Assembly (NCBI GenBank): GCA_963727805.1
Contig: CAVSHF010000005.1
Location: 224,001 to 288,000, forward strand
Direction of reading: 5' to 3'
DNA: 64,000 nucleotides
Origin: an uncultured Nitrospiraceae bacterium
Lineage (GTDB): Bacteria > Nitrospirota > Thermodesulfovibrionia > Thermodesulfovibrionales > Dissulfurispiraceae
Shown: positions 9,932 through 20,757 of the stretch, piece after piece
Layout of the letters: each line of letters begins with the position of its first letter
Numbering within the stretch: the first letter of the stretch is position 1
The notes under the pieces: generated by a model
Database searches by the model: none
The model's input: the letters and a program-made list of their open reading frames with translations, nothing else
What the model was told of the DNA's origin: nothing
Program-made: the position numbers and the translations under genes

Positions 9932-10918
9932 ATGAGATTTTTCACCTATAGTTTTGTCGCGCTTATGCTCTCTCTCTCTTTGTTTGGTACTATGTTGTCT
10001 GGGTGCGCCGGGCCTGAATATAGAAGCATTCCTACCCTTTCTCACGATGATATAGTTACCTCCGTCGCTTTTTCCCCAGACGGCACAACAGCAATATCAG
10101 GAAGTTGGGACGGGACTATCAAGCTCTGGGCAATAGCCGATGGCAGGATGCTTATGATCTTCAGAGGTCATGCAGACCGTGTTACCTCTGTTGCTTTTTC
10201 CCCCGACGGCAGCTCAGTGCTTTCAGGAAGCTGGGACAAAACTATGATCTTGTGGAATTTGACGACCGGACGGCCATCCATAACCTTCACCGGCCACACA
10301 GCCGCCATTACTGCCGTCACTTTTTCTCCTGACGGTAAAAAAATACTCTCAGGGAGCACGGACAAGTCTGCTAAATTGTGGGACGCTAAGTCAGGCACCG
10401 AAATCAGGTCGTTCGCAGGCCATCTCGATGTTGTCACTTCTGTGGATATCTCTGCCGACGGGAAATTTCTGCTCACCGGCAGTTCCGATACAACCATGAG
10501 ACTCTGGGACGCCGAAACAGGGACTGAATTAAAGATATTCGATGGCCATTTCAGTGTCGTCAGTGCGGTTCTTTTTTCAAGAGACATAAAATGTGCCTTT
10601 TCGGGAAGCTGGGATCATACCATCGGCATTTGGGATCTATCTTCGGGCAGGCTGATAAGAAGATTGATAGGGCATGAATACTGGGTCACCTCTCTTGCGT
10701 TATCACGCGATGGCCGATATCTACTCTCTGGTGGAGGCAAGGACCTGACTATCAGACTTTGGGATATCGCTACAGGCGAGACACTTCAAATGTTCAAGGG
10801 GCACTCGAACTATATCACTTCAGTTGCCTATTCCCCGGATGGTCGCTACGTAATTTCGGGCAGTTGGGACCAATCTGTAAAAGTCTGGGATATCAATAGC
10901 GGAAAAGAAGTATTCTAA
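9932..10918 (+). CDS. WD40-repeat lipoprotein (7 repeats)
   Basis: GGAGGG RBS before ATG 9932, lipobox LSGC, seven (G)H...WD-type repeats. Confidence 0.9.
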   Translation: MRFFTYSFVALMLSLSLFGTMLSGCAGPEYRSIPTLSHDDIVTSVAFSPDGTTAISGSWDGTIKLWAIADGRMLMIFRGHADRVTSVAFSPDGSSVLSGSWDKTMILWNLTTGRPSITFTGHTAAITAVTFSPDGKKILSGSTDKSAKLWDAKSGTEIRSFAGHLDVVTSVDISADGKFLLTGSSDTTMRLWDAETGTELKIFDGHFSVVSAVLFSRDIKCAFSGSWDHTIGIWDLSSGRLIRRLIGHEYWVTSLALSRDGRYLLSGGGKDLTIRLWDIATGETLQMFKGHSNYITSVAYSPDGRYVISGSWDQSVKVWDINSGKEVF

Positions 10919-11196
10919 TAAAATAAGTCACTAGGGAGCAGTCGGATGCCCACTTTAAAAAAATCTTTCCCATAGGACATGCAATACTGGACGGTTCCTA
11001 ACATGGGCGGTACTGCCAGCTCAATAATCGCTCCCTGAATGAACCTGTGCTTGGATATGATGCTTACGCCACCAATGGACAGATCACCAATTAGGCCGAT
11101 ATGACTTTGCCCCCCGGTAGCGAATCTGATCTTCTTGCATATCGGCAAACGCTTGTGCGCTCTTTTTTCATCTATAAGACCGATCTCATTATTCAT
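10915..11196 (-). CDS. Standalone PilZ-domain protein
   Basis: RxxxR (RAHKR) and DxSxxG (DLSIGG) c-di-GMP-binding motifs. Confidence 0.8.
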   Translation of the reverse strand: MNNEIGLIDEKRAHKRLPICKKIRFATGGQSHIGLIGDLSIGGVSIISKHRFIQGAIIELAVPPMLGTVQYCMSYGKDFFKVGIRLLPSDLFY

Positions 11197-11407
11197 AGAG
11201 TTGAGCACTCATTCAATATATACTTCAATAATATCATAATACTGCTTCATGTCAATAATCACAGACCAAAGAGATAGAAATTATCGGGAGAAGTGAAAAG
11301 CTGTTATGACGGTATGCTCATAAATGCTGGACTGCTGGTCACAAACGAAATACCATCAGAATAAGTTGCAGGTTTCATCGCAATGCGCGTATTTCTGATG
11401 AAGATCT

Positions 11408-12259
11408 TCAGGCAAGGCCTATTCTTCCCTCTTTTATCGCACTAGCAACCTTCGCCACTCTTGCGACCTCTTTCACATCATGTACCCTTACAATATTTGC
11501 GCCGTTGAAGATCGCTATTGCTACGGCAGCGGCAGTGCCTTCTAATCGATCTTCGGGGGAGGCACCGTCCAGGATTTTACCAATAAAAGCTTTTCTTGAA
11601 ACTCCCAAGGCAATGGGTTTCTGAAGCAGTGTGAATTCTTCGAGATGCTTAATTATCTGCAGGTTATGATTGAAGGTCTTGCCGAATCCAATCCCCGGAT
11701 CGATTATTATCCTGTGTCCCTCAATCCCCGCATCAGTGGCAATGCCGATACTTACCCTCAAGTAATCCATAATCTCGGGGATGAGGGCTTCATAGTGGGG
11801 ATTGCTCTGCATATCTCTGGGCGTACCTTTTATGTGCATAATAATGACAGGAACGCCATGCGAGGCAACGACTTCTGCCATGCAGTGGTCGAACCTCAGT
11901 CCGCTGATGTCATTAACTATTGACGCGCCGGCGTCGAGTGCCCTTTTGGCAACCTCTGATTTATAGGTATCTATAGAAATCGGTACCCTTATTTTCGACA
12001 CAAGAGCTTCAATGACAGGAATGGTACGCTTCAGTTCCTCATCGAGGGAAACAGCTTTGGACCCCGGCCTCGTTGATTCTCCCCCTATGTCGATGATTCC
12101 AGCCCCGTCTTCGACAAGTCTGAAGGCATGATCGACAGCCCTGCCCGTATCGAAGTGAAGTCCCCCATCGGAGAATGAATCAGGGGTTATGTTGAGCACT
12201 CCCATGATGCACGTCTTTTCTGAAAAATCAATAGTATGGCCGGACCATATAAGCTTCAT
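11408..12259 (-). CDS. folP: Dihydropteroate synthase
   Basis: MGVLNITPDSFSDGG, GGESTRPG, DPGIGFGK, SRKAFIG, VRVHDV. Confidence 0.98.
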   Translation of the reverse strand: MKLIWSGHTIDFSEKTCIMGVLNITPDSFSDGGLHFDTGRAVDHAFRLVEDGAGIIDIGGESTRPGSKAVSLDEELKRTIPVIEALVSKIRVPISIDTYKSEVAKRALDAGASIVNDISGLRFDHCMAEVVASHGVPVIIMHIKGTPRDMQSNPHYEALIPEIMDYLRVSIGIATDAGIEGHRIIIDPGIGFGKTFNHNLQIIKHLEEFTLLQKPIALGVSRKAFIGKILDGASPEDRLEGTAAAVAIAIFNGANIVRVHDVKEVARVAKVASAIKEGRIGLA

Positions 12260-12361
12260 CAAATCACCAGGTAGGCTTTCTTCCCGCAGGTATTATGAAT
12301 GAAATCGTGCTTGCTTTGCGGGGCTTACTTCGGATAAAAAACGGTATGACAACAAGAGCCG

Positions 12362-14176
12362 TTATATCTTAACAGCCCTTACATCTTCGACAATCTTATC
12401 AAGCTCGGAACCATCTATAGTTTCACGTTCAAGGAGTGCATTGGCGACTATCTCAAGCAGATCAACGTTCTTCCGCAGCAGGGTCCGCGCATTGTCATAT
12501 GCTTCAATGACCATCCGCTTGACCTCTTCGTCTATATCTTCTGCAGTCTTTTCGCTGTAATCCTTGTGCCTCGCGATCTCACGGCCCAGGAATATCTGTT
12601 CCTCTTTTTTGCCGAAGGTAAGAGGGCCGAGTTTTTCGCTCATTCCCCACTCAGTCACCATCTTTCGTGCGAGATCAGTCGCCCTTTCGAGATCGTTACC
12701 CGCTCCTGTAGTCATATGGCTGAGAGCAATTTCTTCAGCTGCTCTCCCGCCGAGAAGCACATTAAGTGCCTTCAACAGGTAATCCTTGGAGTAGGTATAA
12801 CGGTCGTCGAGGGGAAGCTGCTGTGTCACCCCGAGCGCTCTTCCCCTTGGAATAATGCTCACTTTGTGGATTGGGTCGGTGCCAGGTGTCAGCTTGGCTA
12901 TCAAAGCATGACCTGCCTCATGATAGGCCGTATTCTTCTTCTCTTCATCGCTCAGCACCATGCTCCTGCGCTCAACTCCCATAAGCACCTTGTCTTTGGC
13001 GAATTCGAAGTCCACCATATCGACTTTATCTTTTGACCTTCTTGCTGCAATAAGTGCGGCCTCGTTAATGAGATTTGCCAGGTCAGCCCCTGAAAATCCA
13101 GGTGTCCCCCGTGCGATCTTTTCGAGTTCCACGTCAACTGCAATAGGAATGTTTTTCGAATGAACTTTGAGTATCTCGATCCGTCCCTTTACGTCAGGTA
13201 CCGGGACAACGATCTGGCGGTCAAACCGTCCCGGTCTAAGAAGCGCAGGGTCAAGGACGTCAGGCCTGTTTGTTGCAGCGATAATTATAATGCCCTCCTT
13301 GCCTTCAAAGCCATCCATTTCGACAAGTAGCTGGTTCAGTGTCTGTTCCCTTTCATCATGCCCTCCTCCGAGGCCCGCTCCCCTGTGCCTTCCAACAGCG
13401 TCGATCTCGTCGATGAAGATAATACAGGGCGCACTTTTCTTTGCCTGTTCAAAAAGGTCTCTCACCCTTGATGCCCCGACGCCCACGAACATCTCGACAA
13501 AATCAGATCCTGATATCGAAAAGAAGGGCACCGCAGCTTCTCCGGCGATCGCTTTTGCTAAGAGAGTTTTACCGGAACCCGGAGAGCCCACGAGGAGGAC
13601 ACCTCTAGGGATCTTTCCTCCTAACCTTGAAAATTTTTGAGGGTCCCTGAGAAACTCAATAATCTCTTGCACTTCGTTCTTCGCTTCCTCAATTCCTGCA
13701 ACGTCCGCGAACGTTACTTTCACGGATTTTTCTGAAACAAGTTTCGCCTTAGCCTTGCCGAAGGACATCGCCTTATTGCCACCCATCTGCATCTGCCGCA
13801 TGAAGAATACCCATATCAGTATTATGAAAATAATGGGCCCCCAAGATAGGAAAAGAGTTATATACCACGGGCTCTGGTCAGGCGGCTTCGCAATAATCCT
13901 GATGTTCTTGTCCTTAAGCTCCTTCACCATGTCTGGATAAAAGGCAGAATATGTTCTAAATTTGGACCCGTCCTTCAAACGGCCCGTGATATTATTTTCT
14001 TTTATAGTGACCTCTTCGACTTCTCCGGTATCAACCTTTTTAATGAAATCAGAGAATATCAATTCCTTGTCGGCCTTCTGCGGTACGTTGAAAAGATTGA
14101 AGAGCAGCAACATCGATATACCGATGAGCAGCCAGATAAGCAGGCTCTTATACATTGAAGCTTTCCCTTGCATCAT
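12362..14176 (-). CDS. ftsH: ATP-dependent zinc metalloprotease FtsH
   Basis: Two TM helices, [29 protein letters not shown]. Confidence 0.99.
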   Translation of the reverse strand: MMQGKASMYKSLLIWLLIGISMLLLFNLFNVPQKADKELIFSDFIKKVDTGEVEEVTIKENNITGRLKDGSKFRTYSAFYPDMVKELKDKNIRIIAKPPDQSPWYITLFLSWGPIIFIILIWVFFMRQMQMGGNKAMSFGKAKAKLVSEKSVKVTFADVAGIEEAKNEVQEIIEFLRDPQKFSRLGGKIPRGVLLVGSPGSGKTLLAKAIAGEAAVPFFSISGSDFVEMFVGVGASRVRDLFEQAKKSAPCIIFIDEIDAVGRHRGAGLGGGHDEREQTLNQLLVEMDGFEGKEGIIIIAATNRPDVLDPALLRPGRFDRQIVVPVPDVKGRIEILKVHSKNIPIAVDVELEKIARGTPGFSGADLANLINEAALIAARRSKDKVDMVDFEFAKDKVLMGVERRSMVLSDEEKKNTAYHEAGHALIAKLTPGTDPIHKVSIIPRGRALGVTQQLPLDDRYTYSKDYLLKALNVLLGGRAAEEIALSHMTTGAGNDLERATDLARKMVTEWGMSEKLGPLTFGKKEEQIFLGREIARHKDYSEKTAEDIDEEVKRMVIEAYDNARTLLRKNVDLLEIVANALLERETIDGSELDKIVEDVRAVKI

Positions 14177-14177
14177 T

Positions 14178-14909
14178 TTAATATTCTAACATATTCGAAA
14201 GGAATATCTCAGTCTGAATTTTTATAAGTTCGCCGATACCCTTTTCGGCGAGACTGAGCAGCTCGTCGAGCATCGCCCTTGAAAAAGGGGCCGATTCTGC
14301 GGTCCCCTGAATCTCGACGATCTTGCCGCCTCCCGTCATGACGACATTCATGTCCACGTCGGCAGCGCTGTCCTCAGCGTAGCAAATATCAAGAAGAGGC
14401 TCGCCGTGCACAATGCCCACGCTTACAGCAGCGAGACTATCGGTAAGAGGGTTTTTCGTGATAATACCTCTTTCCATCGCGACGCGGATAGCGTCATTAA
14501 GGGCTATATACGCGCCAGTGATAGACGCCGTTCGGGTGCCCCCGTCGGCCTGAATGACGTCACAATCAAGCCATATAGTGCGTTCACCCAGCAACTCTGG
14601 GTTTATTACCGCCCGTAATGCCCTTCCGATGAGCCTCTTGATCTCCATAGTCCTGCCGCCCGTCTTGCCGATGGTAGACTCGCGAGCAGTGCGCACTCCC
14701 GTGGCGCGAGGGATCATGCCGTATTCAGCAGTTATCCAGCCTTTTTTCTTTTCCCTGAGAAACGGAGGTACCCTTTCCTCAATTGTGGCGGTGCATATGA
14801 CCTTCGTATCGCCCATCTCTATCAGGACTGATCCTTCCGCCGGTTTGATATAATTCCGCTTGATCTTCACCTTGCGCAGCTCATCTTGTTCCCTGCCATC
14901 AGTCCTCAT
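14178..14909 (-). CDS. rph: Ribonuclease PH
   Basis: [36 protein letters not shown]. Confidence 0.98.
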   Translation of the reverse strand: MRTDGREQDELRKVKIKRNYIKPAEGSVLIEMGDTKVICTATIEERVPPFLREKKKGWITAEYGMIPRATGVRTARESTIGKTGGRTMEIKRLIGRALRAVINPELLGERTIWLDCDVIQADGGTRTASITGAYIALNDAIRVAMERGIITKNPLTDSLAAVSVGIVHGEPLLDICYAEDSAADVDMNVVMTGGGKIVEIQGTAESAPFSRAMLDELLSLAEKGIGELIKIQTEIFLSNMLEY

Positions 14910-14933
14910 TTATCCTCCGATGAAGCAATTATC

Positions 14934-15731
14934 TTACAATTGTATCCTTTTTATTTCCCTAATTCCCTGCCCAAGAAAACGCTCGCCGACAGCGACGAAT
15001 TTTTCGGTCGAATCGGTGACAAAAAATCTGTGTGCTCCTTGAGTTTCTGAGGTGTTGAGAAGGGGGCCTTCACCAAGTACCTCCTTAAGTGCTTTCCCCG
15101 TTTCAACAGCAGAATCGATTATCGAACTACCGTCAAGCACTTCACGGATCACCTTTTTCAGAAGGGGATAGTGCGTGCATCCTAAAACGATAGTGTCGAT
15201 CCCTTTGTCTTTCAGGGAAACGAGATATTTTTCAGCCACCAGCCGAGCGATGTCGCCGTCGGTCCAGCCTTCTTCCACAAGGGGGACAAACAGAGGACAG
15301 GCCAAGCCGAAGAATTCGATAGAGTCATCCAAATCCCTTATGGCCCTGAAATAAGCGCCGCTTTTAATAGTTGCCTCCGTACCGATGACACCAATCCTTT
15401 TGTTTTTCGTTGCCGCCACCGCAGCCTTTGCCCCTGGCTCGATAACGCCGATCACAGGGATTGTGACTCGGTCCCTGATCTCCGGCAGGCTGATGGCCGA
15501 TACTGTATTGCAGGCGACAACCAGGACCTTTATCTGTTTGCTCATGAGAAAGTCGGTACACTCGAAGGAATAGCGAGCGACTGTCTCGGCTGATCTTATG
15601 CCATACGGAACCCTCGCTGTGTCGCCAAGATAGAGGATGTTCTCAAAACGGAGCATCGCGCTCACCTCTTTGAAGACAGTCAGTCCTCCAATACCTGAAT
15701 CAAAAATTCCTATGGGATGGCTGTTTGACAT
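14934..15731 (-). CDS. murI: Glutamate racemase
   Basis: FDSGIGGL, VACNT, LGCTHYP. Confidence 0.98.
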   Translation of the reverse strand: MSNSHPIGIFDSGIGGLTVFKEVSAMLRFENILYLGDTARVPYGIRSAETVARYSFECTDFLMSKQIKVLVVACNTVSAISLPEIRDRVTIPVIGVIEPGAKAAVAATKNKRIGVIGTEATIKSGAYFRAIRDLDDSIEFFGLACPLFVPLVEEGWTDGDIARLVAEKYLVSLKDKGIDTIVLGCTHYPLLKKVIREVLDGSSIIDSAVETGKALKEVLGEGPLLNTSETQGAHRFFVTDSTEKFVAVGERFLGQGIREIKRIQL

Positions 15732-15738
15732 TGCCGAA

Positions 15739-16323
15739 TCAAAACCAGACGGACTCCTTCAAAGGTATCAGCGTCTGCATATGCCCGCCGACACTCTCGA
15801 TCTCCCGTCCTTCCACGAGTAGCTTTATGTCGCTAATCCCCGAGATGTTGGTAACAAGCGTCTGGTAGAGAGATTTAAGGAGATAATATTCAGACCGGGC
15901 GTCGCCCGAAAAGTTCCTCCGAAATTCATCCGAGAGATCGACGTACAGAACCTTGTTACGGTCTTCATAGACCCCGCGCACCACTGTATTTTTCAAGTCG
16001 GATTTGAAGCCCCTGAAATATTCCTGGAGTATCGTTTCGGCCAGTTTCACCGGTAGCGAGCTACCCGTAATCGTCCTGTCCTCTTTTGTTAAACCAGCAT
16101 CTCCGGGATAGAAAAGAGTCACCGGCACCTTTATCTCGGACGATGGAATCATTGCGAAATCCTGCTTGCTTTGGCGCGCAGAATCTTCTATAAGCGGTTT
16201 TTCGTTTGAGAAATAATATCTCGAACTCAGCCATCCCGCAAGCGCGGCCATCAGAAGGACCGCTGCAACGATAGCTATCTTTTTTCTCCCGGACATCTTA
16301 TTGCTCGACTTCGTATCTCTCAT
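15739..16323 (-). CDS. GerMN-domain protein
   Basis: N-terminal TM, LYVDLSDEF, SLYQTL, LLVEG...GGH; usual position between amidase and murI. Confidence 0.85.
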   Translation of the reverse strand: MRDTKSSNKMSGRKKIAIVAAVLLMAALAGWLSSRYYFSNEKPLIEDSARQSKQDFAMIPSSEIKVPVTLFYPGDAGLTKEDRTITGSSLPVKLAETILQEYFRGFKSDLKNTVVRGVYEDRNKVLYVDLSDEFRRNFSGDARSEYYLLKSLYQTLVTNISGISDIKLLVEGREIESVGGHMQTLIPLKESVWF

Positions 16324-16326
16324 GGC

Positions 16327-17490
16327 CTATTCAGGCTTGCTCGCGGTTTTTTTCTCATTCTTATTCTCAGGCCTATTATCGGGCTTAGAGAAAGGCGCAG
16401 GCAGCTTCTCCTCCTTTGTCCCGGCGGCAAGCCCTCTTATAATTGCTGACAAGAGCCGTTCCTTGTTTTTTTTCTCATAGCTGAATTGTTCGGGATTCGG
16501 CAATTCGATAAGAATAGCCGGGGCCTTGCTTCTCATCAAGAGAGCTAGGGGGAGTGTTTCCCTCGCTACGGCTATCGAGAATTCTTTTTCGATGTTTTTG
16601 GCAATTGCGTCGGCAACCCCTCTAGCCATCTCAGTCTTCTTCTGATCGTTGGTCTTTTCTTCCATAGGTCCGGCGCTTCCATCCGCCCTTTCCGGAATGG
16701 GCGGAATCGTGTATATCGTTGGCACTTTGGTCGAAGAAATATGCAAACTGATGAGAATGTCGGGGGGCTTTTTATTGACCAGATTAATCCTTTCGGATAT
16801 AGAAATGACCTGATCGATCTTCCGAGTAAGGATTACCTCCTTGCCGCTTTTTGTGAGTATGCCTGACAATTCTCGCGCAAAGGCTAGAACAAAATCCTTT
16901 TCCACGAAATGGGGAGTCCTAATACCGTAATCGTACCCACCATGACCGGCATCGATCACAAGATATCTAAAAGCTATTTGCTCAACCACAGGCTTAATTA
17001 CCGGAACTGATGAGGCGGTATCCTTTGGCGCTGCGGTAAAATAAGCGTCTATAACGATCCTCGATGGGGCCTGGAGCCTCAACACCTTGATAGTCTCAAC
17101 GCCCGGGACGGTGATGATACATGAGTCACCCTTCACGGCGAGACTAACCGACTTAATGATCTCAATCGGAATGTCACTGATATCCACACCTTTTTCGGTT
17201 TCAAAAGAGAGGACCTGTTTTTCCTTACTAGCCGTCGTAGCCGCCTCCACCGACCGAAAATCGATTTTGACGGTCTTATTTTTTGTAAGTATTACTGACG
17301 CGTTCCTTAGCACGAAGTCATCACTTGTAAAAACGACCCTGATATACTCCGGATACTTAGCGGCACGCACTTTGATAACCAGAGATGTTTTTTCCTGTGC
17401 ATTAGAAACAGGGGTTCCGAGTGATGCCGAAAAACCAAGAACCAAAAAGCATATCAGCAAGATTAATCTTTTACTCATCATCATTTCCAT
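16327..17490 (-). CDS. N-acetylmuramoyl-L-alanine amidase (Amidase_3) with AMIN-like N-terminus
   Basis: PSRIVID, IDAGHGG, EK, ISLH, PAILIE; signal peptide; exact start uncertain (17490-17478). Confidence 0.88.
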   Translation of the reverse strand: MEMMMSKRLILLICFLVLGFSASLGTPVSNAQEKTSLVIKVRAAKYPEYIRVVFTSDDFVLRNASVILTKNKTVKIDFRSVEAATTASKEKQVLSFETEKGVDISDIPIEIIKSVSLAVKGDSCIITVPGVETIKVLRLQAPSRIVIDAYFTAAPKDTASSVPVIKPVVEQIAFRYLVIDAGHGGYDYGIRTPHFVEKDFVLAFARELSGILTKSGKEVILTRKIDQVISISERINLVNKKPPDILISLHISSTKVPTIYTIPPIPERADGSAGPMEEKTNDQKKTEMARGVADAIAKNIEKEFSIAVARETLPLALLMRSKAPAILIELPNPEQFSYEKKNKERLLSAIIRGLAAGTKEEKLPAPFSKPDNRPENKNEKKTASKPE

Positions 17491-17680
17491 TATAGAGCAT
17501 TTGATGTTTAAACTATATATTGAACCACATATATAAGGGCTCAATCAAGGGGGATCGTTCTTCTCCACCGCTGCACTCTCACCACCGAAAAAATAAAGGA
17601 CTTGACCCGTTTCGGCAATTAGGAGAAAATATGATAAGTTATAGCATATTATAAATTCTTTTTTAAAAGAAGGGATCATT

Positions 17681-18079
17681 ATGACATCCAAATATGTTCT
17701 GTTTTCTGTCTCCATTTGCTTTGTGCTTCTGTCGTCATTTGCTGCCGCTTCGAACTGGATACTATTTGCCGCCCAGCAGCGGGATGGTTCAAGTTGGTAT
17801 TACGACAAAGAAACCTTGGATTCTTCCAGCGGACTAAAGATTATCGGGCTGAAAATGCCTGTAATAAAAGGCAATATCCGAGAGATCTGGATCAAGTCTT
17901 CAGGGGACAAAGGGGAAAGGCTCTATCGGGCTGAACTGAATTGCAAGGAAGGTTTGGCACGACTGCGGGACGATAATGGAAAGACCCTCTATAGCGATGT
18001 CTCACTCAATTATCTCTATGACCGTCCGATACCTCCAGATTCTGTTCTGGATATGCTTCGTGAAGTGGTCTGTCATTAA
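17681..18079 (+). CDS. Exported hypothetical protein (surface-adhesin-E-like)
   Basis: RBS AAGGGA, signal peptide, W...WYYDK, ELNC and IPPDS pattern. Confidence 0.65.
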   Translation: MTSKYVLFSVSICFVLLSSFAAASNWILFAAQQRDGSSWYYDKETLDSSSGLKIIGLKMPVIKGNIREIWIKSSGDKGERLYRAELNCKEGLARLRDDNGKTLYSDVSLNYLYDRPIPPDSVLDMLREVVCH

Positions 18080-18265
18080 GGTATTATTTTTCTCGCGACC
18101 ATTATCACATACGCATTATTCGTATGTCATTTCGGCTTATCCTAGATCTTGCCTGCAGCTTGATTCCCGACATGCCAGATTGTAAGGTGTTACTGGCACT
18201 GACTTTGTCATGATAGCTTCTTAGTTTTTTCTCTATGTTCCTTAATTAAGTACTCAGTAGAGAAC

Positions 18266-18295
18266 TTGACAAATAAACGCCGCATTTTCTATCAT
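18266..18295 (+). promoter_or_regulatory. Sigma70-like promoter of feoB-fur
   Basis: TTGACA (18266) - 18 bp - TATCAT (18290). Confidence 0.6.
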
Positions 18296-18310
18296 TGAGA
18301 CAGAGTCTCA
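18296..18310. promoter_or_regulatory. Putative Fur box
   Basis: TGAGAC-AGA-GTCTCA inverted repeat with 7-1-7 geometry directly after the -10 element of a feoB-fur operon. Confidence 0.6.
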
Positions 18311-18349
18311 TTTTCAGTTGTAATATTTAATATATTAGCGGAGGATATC

Positions 18350-20332
18350 CTGAAAACCGTCAAACAAAGACGCGGCACAAAACAACAGAAAGTTGCCCTG
18401 GACAAGATCACCCTTGTCGGGAATCCAAATGTTGGCAAAAGCGTTATATTCGGCCTTCTCACGGGCAAATACGTAACAGTCTCCAACTATCCCGGCACGA
18501 CGGTTGAGATAACAAGCGGCAACATTGCGCTGGATGGCAAACGTGTGCTGCTCATAGACACGCCGGGTGTAAATAGCTTAATCCCCATGAGCGAGGATGA
18601 AAAAGTTACACGCGATATTCTTCTGTCGGAATGCCCTTCAGCGGTAGTCCAAGTCGGCGACGCCAAGAACCTGAAAAGGACATTACTCATTACGCTTCAA
18701 ATTGCGGAGATGGGACTGCCGATGACCCTCGATCTGAATATGATAGATGAAGCAATGGACAAGGGCATCACCATCGACGTCGACGCGCTTAAGAGTCTTC
18801 TCGGAGTTGATATCGTCTCCACTATCGCCCCCCAGAAAAAAGGAATTAAAGACCTCAGGGAAGCAATGCTCTCGCCACGACAAGCGCTGATCAGTCTTAA
18901 TTACGGTCCCCTTATTGAAGAATATATCGGCAAAGTAGCAAGACTTCTACCGCAGACATGTCTGTCAAAGCGCTCTATCGCGGTCATGGTCCTGTCGGAA
19001 GATGACAGCCTGAGAGACTGGCTCCATGCAAATGTGCGTGACAAAGACCTTGCGGAGATAGAGCGCCTCAGGGATGAATGCTTAGTCAAAGCCGTGGAAC
19101 CACCGGCTTATCTTATCAACAAAAAACGCATCGAGACCTCCGAAGACATTTCTCAGAAAGTAATAAAAAAATCAGCGTCGTCAGGCGGCGCACTTCTTAA
19201 TTTTATAGGCAAGATGAGCATGCATCCGGCTTACGGCATTCCAGTGTTACTCCTCGTGCTTTACGGGCTTTATGAATTTGTTGGTGTTCTGGGAGCGGGG
19301 ACTCTCGTCGATTTCGTCCAGAACACCATCTTCGGACAATATATCAATCCTATGGCTACAAAAGTAGTCCAGACTCTGATACCCGTACCACTCATACAGG
19401 AGTTGCTTGTCGGTGAGTACGGTCTTATCACGGTCGCGCTTACATATGCGATCGCCATCATTCTACCCATAACCGTTACCTTCTTTATCGCCTTCGCCAT
19501 CCTTGAGGACAGCGGCTATCTGCCGCGGCTCGCAATCATGAGCAACCGGGTCTTCAATTTAATAGGGCTGAACGGCAAGGCCGTGCTTCCCATGGTGCTC
19601 GGCCTGGGGTGCGGCACGATGGCGGTTATGACATCAAGGATACTCGAAACTAAGCGGGACCGGATTATCACGACCTTTCTGCTTGCCCTTGCAATCCCCT
19701 GCTCTGCACAGCTAGGGGTCATCCTCGGCATCCTTGGTTCGCTATCGTTCATGGCGACTATCGTCTGGACATCAAGCATCCTTATTGTCCTGTTTACTTC
19801 GGGGTTCCTGGCATCGAAACTCGTGTCGGGCGAGAGGACCGAATTCTTTCTCGAAATACCACCGATCCGCACACCCAATATTATGAACATCATCGTGAAA
19901 ACCGTCGGACGAGTCGAGTGGTATCTGAAAGAAGCAGTACCGCTGTTCATCCTCGGGACTCTAATTCTCTTTGTCCTGCACAAGCTCAATCTAATTGTTT
20001 TGCTAGAAAAAGCTGCGGCACCCGTGGTTGTGAATCTGCTCGACTTGCCGCCCAAGACGACGGCTTCGTTTATCCTCGGTTTTCTTAGACGAGATTACGG
20101 TGCGGCAGGTCTGTTCGACATGGCACAGCACGGAGAACTGACCCCGGTCCAGTCGGTGGTGAGTCTCGTGACGATCACCCTCTTCCTTCCATGCTTGGCA
20201 AGCTTTTTCATGATCGTCAAGGAGCGCGGCATCAAAACAACGCTCTGGATCGTCGGGATCGTCTTTCCGGCTGCCTTTCTCTTCGGGGGATTGCTGAACT
20301 GGCTGTTGAGATTCTTCAAGGTGAGCCTATGA
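18350..20332 (+). CDS. feoB: Ferrous iron transporter FeoB (probable CTG start)
   Basis: Frame extends upstream of the track ORF to include G1 GNPNVGKS and G2 NYPGTT; DTPG, NMID, LEDSGYLPR, IPCSAQ; GGAGGA before CTG 18350. Confidence 0.93.
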   Translation: MKTVKQRRGTKQQKVALDKITLVGNPNVGKSVIFGLLTGKYVTVSNYPGTTVEITSGNIALDGKRVLLIDTPGVNSLIPMSEDEKVTRDILLSECPSAVVQVGDAKNLKRTLLITLQIAEMGLPMTLDLNMIDEAMDKGITIDVDALKSLLGVDIVSTIAPQKKGIKDLREAMLSPRQALISLNYGPLIEEYIGKVARLLPQTCLSKRSIAVMVLSEDDSLRDWLHANVRDKDLAEIERLRDECLVKAVEPPAYLINKKRIETSEDISQKVIKKSASSGGALLNFIGKMSMHPAYGIPVLLLVLYGLYEFVGVLGAGTLVDFVQNTIFGQYINPMATKVVQTLIPVPLIQELLVGEYGLITVALTYAIAIILPITVTFFIAFAILEDSGYLPRLAIMSNRVFNLIGLNGKAVLPMVLGLGCGTMAVMTSRILETKRDRIITTFLLALAIPCSAQLGVILGILGSLSFMATIVWTSSILIVLFTSGFLASKLVSGERTEFFLEIPPIRTPNIMNIIVKTVGRVEWYLKEAVPLFILGTLILFVLHKLNLIVLLEKAAAPVVVNLLDLPPKTTASFILGFLRRDYGAAGLFDMAQHGELTPVQSVVSLVTITLFLPCLASFFMIVKERGIKTTLWIVGIVFPAAFLFGGLLNWLLRFFKVSL

Positions 20333-20757
20333 TCGAAAAACAGAAATTCCTTGAATTTATCTCAAATAAGGGTCTTAAACTTACCAGGGAGCGAGACGAG
20401 ATCGCGCGAGAGATACTCCTTACCAGCGGCCATTTTGCGCCCGATGAACTCTTCATACGACTAAAGGCCAAAGGCTCAAAGGTTTCTCGGGCTTCTATCT
20501 ACCGTACCATTCCTCTCCTTGTCGAGAGCGGGATGATTGAAGAGGTCGAAAGAGTCGACAAACACGCCCATTACGAGAGAGTCTCGACGAACTCACACCA
20601 TGACCACATGATCTGCATCAGGTGCGGTCGTGTCATCGAGTTCTACTCGAAGGGCCTTGAAATGATACAGGAACGCATCTGCCGTCAGGAGAACTTCAAG
20701 GACGTACGCCACTCTCTCGAAATTCTGGGCATCTGCAAGAATTGCGATGGTCAATAA
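20329..20757 (+). CDS. fur: Fur-family transcriptional regulator
   Basis: ATGA overlap with feoB stop; SRASIYRT, HHDHMICIRCG, C-terminal CKNC. Confidence 0.9.
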   Translation: MIEKQKFLEFISNKGLKLTRERDEIAREILLTSGHFAPDELFIRLKAKGSKVSRASIYRTIPLLVESGMIEEVERVDKHAHYERVSTNSHHDHMICIRCGRVIEFYSKGLEMIQERICRQENFKDVRHSLEILGICKNCDGQ

